Shown here one piece after another: positions 59,303-64,000 of a DNA stretch of 64,000 nt. A program made the position numbers and the translations under genes. The stretch comes from Ferrovibrio sp. (GTDB lineage: Bacteria; Pseudomonadota; Alphaproteobacteria; Ferrovibrionales; Ferrovibrionaceae): contig NZ_JAGOLP010000013.1 in NCBI RefSeq assembly GCF_017994015.1, positions 15,975 through 79,974 of the forward strand. Direction: 5' to 3'. Each line of letters begins with the position of its first letter. Within the stretch, counting starts at the first letter, position 1. Below the pieces are notes generated by a model. That model worked only from the letters and a program-made list of their open reading frames with translations, was not told the DNA's origin and made no database searches.

Positions 59303-60091
59303 TTAATGCGGAGCGACGCCCGTGGCCGGGCGACTTTCATTGCGTGTCCAGAAAACCAGGGTGCGGCCGAGATACTTGGCGCAGCCATGCACGGTGATGC
59401 CGATGCTGGACAGAACGATCAGCACGGCGAATACGCCTGGCACATCCAGGTTGAAGTTCATGCTGGTGATCAGATAACCCAGCCCGGCCTGGGCGCCGAC
59501 GAACTCGCCCACCACAGCACCGATCACGGCCATCACCGAGGCTATCTCGATACCGGCGAACAGCATCGGCAAAGCGGCGAACAGGCGCAGGTGCAGGAAG
59601 GACTGCCAGCGCGAAGCACCGAACAGATACATCATGTCGATCTGGTCACGATCCGCGCTGCGCAAACCGGCAATCACTGCCACCAGCACCGGGAAGAAGC
59701 TGATCAGCGCCGCCACCACGATCTTGGAAGCGATGCCATAACCGAACCACAGCACAAAGAGCGGCGCGATGGCGATCTTGGGCACTGTCTGCAATGCAAC
59801 GATATAGGGATAAATCAACCGCTCCACCGCCGGCAGCACGCCAACCAGGGCACCGAAGCCCAGCCCCGCCATGATGCCAATGCCCAGGCCAGACAGGATG
59901 GTGATCGTGGTGGTGAAGAGATGTGGCCAGATCAGGCCGTCGCGGATCACTTCAACCAGGCGCAGCAGGATGGCCGAGGGTGCCGGCATGACATAGGGCG
60001 CGATGCCGGCAAGGCGGATGGTGCCTTCCCACAGCACCAGAATCACCAGCAGAACGCTGAGCACTTCAAAACGAGAGCGAAGCTGGCGCAT
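59303..60091 (-). CDS. SsuC/TauC-type ABC permease
   Basis: QTVPKIAIAPL, FGAS, VVGEFVGAQAGLG. Confidence 0.9.
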   Translation of the reverse strand: MRQLRSRFEVLSVLLVILVLWEGTIRLAGIAPYVMPAPSAILLRLVEVIRDGLIWPHLFTTTITILSGLGIGIMAGLGFGALVGVLPAVERLIYPYIVALQTVPKIAIAPLFVLWFGYGIASKIVVAALISFFPVLVAVIAGLRSADRDQIDMMYLFGASRWQSFLHLRLFAALPMLFAGIEIASVMAVIGAVVGEFVGAQAGLGYLITSMNFNLDVPGVFAVLIVLSSIGITVHGCAKYLGRTLVFWTRNESRPATGVAPH

Positions 60092-60920
60092 TTTCGGAAG
60101 CCTCCTGAGCTGCCTGGCTATGGGCGTGTTCATCAAACAGGGCGCGGATCTCTTCACAGATGCGGCCGAAAGCAGGATCCATCATGGTCTGGCGGCTGCG
60201 CGGACGCGGCAGCGGTACATCGATGATGCGGGCAATACGGCCCGGACGCGGCGTCATCACCAGCACACGATCGCCAAGAAACACCGCTTCGGGGATCGAA
60301 TGGGTGATGAACACTGCCGTGGCCTGCTGCCGCTGCCAGATTTTCAGCAGTTCCACATTCATGGTTTCGCGCGTCATGGCATCAAGCGCGCCGAATGGTT
60401 CATCCATCAGCAGGATTTTCGGATTGCACAACAGCGCACGGCAGATTGAAACGCGCTGCTGCATGCCGCCGGAAAGCTCGAACGGATACTTATTCTCAAA
60501 GCCATGCAGCCCGGCCATGCCAAGCAGGTCGCGCGCCTGCTGCTCGGTATCGGCGCGCATGGTCTTCCGCAACTGGCGCGGCAGCAACACGTTCTGCATC
60601 ACCGTGCGCCAGGGCAGCAGCGTGGCCTGCTGGAACACCATGCTGACATCCGGACGTGGCCCGGCCGCCTGAACTCCATCAATCAGCAGGGCACCGCTGG
60701 TGTGATCCTCCAGCCCGGCCAGGATGCGCATCAGCGTGGTCTTGCCGCAGCCACTCGGCCCCACCACGGTAAGGAATTCGCTGCGGCCGATATCCAGATC
60801 GACATTGGAAAGCGCATTCACCGGCTCGCCGGCACGGGTGCGGTATTGCTTACCCAGGCCACGCATACGCACCAGCGGGCCTCCCGATTTAGCCGGCTCC
60901 CGGCTTTCATTCGCGTCCAT
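60066..60920 (-). CDS. SsuB/TauB-type ABC ATP-binding protein
   Basis: GPSGCGKT, LLPWRTV, LSGGMQQR, DEPFGALDAMTRE, ITHSIPEA. Confidence 0.92.
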   Translation of the reverse strand: MDANESREPAKSGGPLVRMRGLGKQYRTRAGEPVNALSNVDLDIGRSEFLTVVGPSGCGKTTLMRILAGLEDHTSGALLIDGVQAAGPRPDVSMVFQQATLLPWRTVMQNVLLPRQLRKTMRADTEQQARDLLGMAGLHGFENKYPFELSGGMQQRVSICRALLCNPKILLMDEPFGALDAMTRETMNVELLKIWQRQQATAVFITHSIPEAVFLGDRVLVMTPRPGRIARIIDVPLPRPRSRQTMMDPAFGRICEEIRALFDEHAHSQAAQEASENAPASLSF

Positions 60921-60944
60921 CACACCCCTCACCCGGAAATGTAT

Positions 60945-61097
60945 ATCGTATACGATTAAGCTATTACTAAATTTTGGGCACATTTGTAAACGGTTAAATT
61001 ATAAGCAATTGGCTTATATTTATCCATTTTCTTGTAAGTATAAAAAATGGGCAAATTATGGCTTTTCAAAAATTCCATATCGTATTACGTATACGAT
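60945..61097. promoter_or_regulatory. AT-rich divergent promoter region with two CGTATACG-core palindromes
   Basis: ATCGTATACGAT at 60945-60956; ATCGTATTACGTATACGAT at 61079-61097. Confidence 0.6.
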
Positions 61098-61170
61098 TAG
61101 CTTTTGCCGGCAGTCTCTGGTGCTGCTGCAGCACATCAACCCGTCGCCCAAAACCGCATGGATTTCTTCT

Positions 61171-61485
61171 ATGGTATGGAAATGTATTGCTAAATTGCCC
61201 TCCCTCAGCGAGGAGGACATGCTCGCCGCAAAACTCGACGGCAAGGACATTGCGGTGTTCAAGCTGGGCGACCGCTATTACGCGACCTCGAATATCTGCT
61301 CGCATCAATATGCCCTGCTGACTGACGGCTATCTGGATGGCGACGTGATCGAATGCCCCCTGCATCAGGGCCGCTTTCATATTCCCAGCGGCAAAGCGCT
61401 GGGCGATCCGGTGACCGAGGATCTGGCGGTCTATCCGGTGCGTGTGGAAAATGACGAAATCCAGGTCGAATGGCCGGAAGCCTGA
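61171..61485 (+). CDS. Rieske [2Fe-2S] ferredoxin of the oxygenase
   Basis: NICSHQ..IECPLHQGRF. Confidence 0.93.
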   Translation: MVWKCIAKLPSLSEEDMLAAKLDGKDIAVFKLGDRYYATSNICSHQYALLTDGYLDGDVIECPLHQGRFHIPSGKALGDPVTEDLAVYPVRVENDEIQVEWPEA

Positions 61486-61491
61486 ACCACC

Positions 61492-62745
61492 ATGCGCAAT
61501 CTGCTGATCATCGGCGGCGGCCAGGCGGCGATCCGCACCGCTCTGAGCTTGCGTGAAATTGGCTACGGCGAGGCCATAACGCTGGTTGGCGACGAGCCGC
61601 ATGCACCTTATGAGCGACCGCCGCTCTCCAAGGAGGTTTTGCTAGGCAAGACCACACCGGAAGCCTGCGCCATTGCCAATCCCAACCGCTTGGCCGAAGC
61701 CGGGCTGCGGTTGCATCTGGGCCAGAGCGTGGTGGAAATTGAGCCGGCGCCCGGTGCGGCAAGGCTTTCCGATGGCCGCAGCCTGGCTTTCGATAGTCTA
61801 CTTCTAGCCACCGGCGCTAAGCCGCGCCGGCTTGGCCTGCCCGGCACCGAGGCTGCCGGCATCTTCACCTTGCGCAGCCTGGATGATGCCGTGGCATTGC
61901 GCCTGGCCGCCGAAGCGGCCCAAGCCGGTCGCTGCGACAGCCCGGTGGTTATTCTCGGCGGCGGTTTTCTGGGCCTGGAGGCTGCTGCCAGCCTGCGCAG
62001 CCTGGGCCTGGCCGTCACCGTACTGGAAAGCGCGCCCCAGCTTCTGCATGGCCGCCTGCCGGCCGCGATTGCCGCATGGTTGCAGCAATGGCATGAGCGC
62101 CACGGCGTGACGATCCGCACCAATGCTCAACCACTGGCCTATGAAATAACCGATGATGGCCACGTCGCCGGGCTGCTCCTCGCCGATGGCGAACGCCTGC
62201 CTTGCCGCCTGGTGCTGGAAGCTGTTGGCGCGGTGCCAAACACCGATCTGGGCGCCAGTCTGGGCCTGGATTGCATCGGCGGCATTCTGGCCGATGCCCA
62301 AGGCCGCACCGCCTTGCCGCGCATCTTCACCGCTGGCGACGTGGCGCGCTGGCTTCACCCGCGTTACGACCGACCATTGCGGCTTGAATCTTGGCAGGCG
62401 GCGCAGTTACAGGGTGCCGCGGTGGCCAAGGCGATGTTGGGTGTTGAGGCACCTTTTGATGCTGTGCCGTGGTTCTGGTCCGGCCAGCATGATGCGATGA
62501 TCCACATCGCCGGCCTGCTGGAAGATGGCCTCACCCTGGTGCAGCGTGGCAACCTGGATGGCAACGGGCCACTGGGCTGGTTTGGCCTGAAACAGGGCCG
62601 CTTGCGACTGGCGGTAACCGTCAATGCCATGGCCGATGCGCGGGTGGGGCAAAACTTGATCGAGCGCGGCTTCCAGCACGGCCTGGAGCTCGACCCCGCT
62701 CGCCTGGCTGATCCGGGACAGAGATTGCGTAGCCTGGCAGCCTGA
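61492..62745 (+). CDS. Ferredoxin reductase (glutathione-reductase type, FAD/NAD)
   Basis: IIGGGQA, PYERPPLSK, LATG, GGGFLGLE, AGDVA, RLESW, PWFWS. Confidence 0.93.
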   Translation: MRNLLIIGGGQAAIRTALSLREIGYGEAITLVGDEPHAPYERPPLSKEVLLGKTTPEACAIANPNRLAEAGLRLHLGQSVVEIEPAPGAARLSDGRSLAFDSLLLATGAKPRRLGLPGTEAAGIFTLRSLDDAVALRLAAEAAQAGRCDSPVVILGGGFLGLEAAASLRSLGLAVTVLESAPQLLHGRLPAAIAAWLQQWHERHGVTIRTNAQPLAYEITDDGHVAGLLLADGERLPCRLVLEAVGAVPNTDLGASLGLDCIGGILADAQGRTALPRIFTAGDVARWLHPRYDRPLRLESWQAAQLQGAAVAKAMLGVEAPFDAVPWFWSGQHDAMIHIAGLLEDGLTLVQRGNLDGNGPLGWFGLKQGRLRLAVTVNAMADARVGQNLIERGFQHGLELDPARLADPGQRLRSLAA

Positions 62746-62811
62746 CGCGGCTGCGGGAATTGTGCTCTATTCACGCCCCGAACCAGACAAGGACAAAGGG
62801 TGGAACGCGAC

Positions 62812-63600
62812 ATGAGCGAAGCAGATAGCAAGGTAGCGCTGATCACCGGCGCGGCGCGCGGCATCGGTCTGGCGGCGGCGAAGAAATTCCTCGCCGAAGG
62901 CTGGCGCGTCGCCCTGCTTGATATCCTGGCCGATGAATTGCAGGCAAGCATCGCGGCGCTGGCGCAGCCAGATCGCACCCTGGCGCTTGTTGTCGATCTG
63001 TCGGATGCCGCCGCCATAGCCGGGGCCGTGCAGCGCGCCCATGCGCATTTTGGCCGGCTGGATGCGCTGGTGAACAATGCCGGCATCGCAGTGTTCAAGC
63101 CGATGCTGGAGGTGACGCTGGCCGATTGGAATCGCGTGCTGGCCGTGAACCTGACCGCGCCCTTCCTGGCCACCCAGGCGGCGGCGGCGCTGATGCGCGA
63201 CCAGGGCGGCGGCGCCGTGGTCAACATCACCTCGATCTCCGGCCTGCGCGCTTCCACCCTGCGCGTTGCCTATGGCACCAGCAAGGCGGCTTTGGCGCAT
63301 CTGACCAAACAGCAGGCGGCGGAACTGGGCGAATATGGCATCAGGGTTAATGCCGTGGCGCCGGGGCCGGTGGAAACCGCCATGGCCAAGGCCGTGCACA
63401 CGCCGGAAATCCGCGCCGATTATCACGACCATATCCCGCTTAACCGCTATGGCCTGGAAACCGAACTGGCCAATGCGATTTACTTCCTGTGCAGCAGTGA
63501 AGCCAGCTACATCACCGGCCAGGTGCTGGCAGTGGATGGCGGCTTTGATGCCACCGGCATCGGCCTGCCCACCCTGCGCGGCCAGCGCCGCAATAGCTGA
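62812..63600 (+). CDS. Short-chain dehydrogenase/reductase
   Basis: TGAARGIG, NNAG, YGTSK, VNAVAPG, ITGQVLAVDGG. Confidence 0.93.
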   Translation: MSEADSKVALITGAARGIGLAAAKKFLAEGWRVALLDILADELQASIAALAQPDRTLALVVDLSDAAAIAGAVQRAHAHFGRLDALVNNAGIAVFKPMLEVTLADWNRVLAVNLTAPFLATQAAAALMRDQGGGAVVNITSISGLRASTLRVAYGTSKAALAHLTKQQAAELGEYGIRVNAVAPGPVETAMAKAVHTPEIRADYHDHIPLNRYGLETELANAIYFLCSSEASYITGQVLAVDGGFDATGIGLPTLRGQRRNS

Positions 63601-63606
63601 TCGGCC

Positions 63607-64000
63607 ATGGTGACCACGCCATTGCTGCGGCTGGTGTTTTTCGCCGATCTGGCCGGCACCTTCCTGTTTGCGCTGCAAGGCGCCTTGATCGCGGTGCGCG
63701 CCGGGCTTGATCCGGTCGGCATGCTGGTGCTGGCCTTTTCCACCGCTTTGGTTGGCGGCCTGATTCGCGATGTGCTGATCGGGGCGCTGCCGCCGGTGGC
63801 AATCAAGGATTGGCGCCTGGCCAGCACCGCCTTCCTGGCCGCCGCGCTGGTTTATCTGTTGGGCTCACATGCCCTGCGGCTGCCGATGCTGCCGATCATC
63901 GTGCTGGATGCAGCGGCGCTGGGGCTGTTTGCCGTGGCCGGCACGATCAAGGCGCATGGCGCCGGCGTGAATGGCCTGGCGGCTGCCCTGCTCGGCACCG
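63607..64000 (+). CDS. Trimeric intracellular cation channel family (YadS/UPF0126) protein, truncated by the window end
   Basis: Not in the ORF track; manual translation MVTTPLLRLVFFADLAGTFLFALQGA..DPVG..TALVGGLIRDVLIG..LDAAALGLFA. Confidence 0.85.
   Translation, partial: MVTTPLLRLVFFADLAGTFLFALQGALIAVRAGLDPVGMLVLAFSTALVGGLIRDVLIGALPPVAIKDWRLASTAFLAAALVYLLGSHALRLPMLPIIVLDAAALGLFAVAGTIKAHGAGVNGLAAALLGT

Overview
This is a GC-rich chromosomal segment, probably from a Rhodospirillales-like alphaproteobacterium (inferred from the glyQ-glyS-ppdK order, the serC leader RNA, and a zf-CHCC gene before polA). The housekeeping backbone holds polA, ppdK, glyQS, ispB, yggS, serCA, tRNA-Arg(CCG), tRNA-Pro(CGG), and a Liv-type ABC plus acyl-CoA ligase operon with three tandem binding-protein paralogues. 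Three accessory modules stand out. (1) At 1-2477, a TPR plus beta-barrel outer-membrane protein (Slam/DUF560-like) is translationally coupled to a secreted FecR-domain protein. (2) At about 3.6-16.4 kb, an island beside the tRNA-Arg 3' end carries a decayed IS3 and a sigma54/GntR-controlled catabolic cluster for an unknown nitrogen compound; three of its enzymes have non-canonical active-site motifs and one gene lies antisense inside the operon. (3) At 56.4-63.6 kb, a terephthalate-dioxygenase-like Rieske system has an unusual layout: ferredoxin plus reductase, an SsuA/NMT1-type ABC importer, an SDR, and no tphB. No CRISPR array, rRNA or prophage was seen. All family calls come from motif recognition by eye; no database searches were run.
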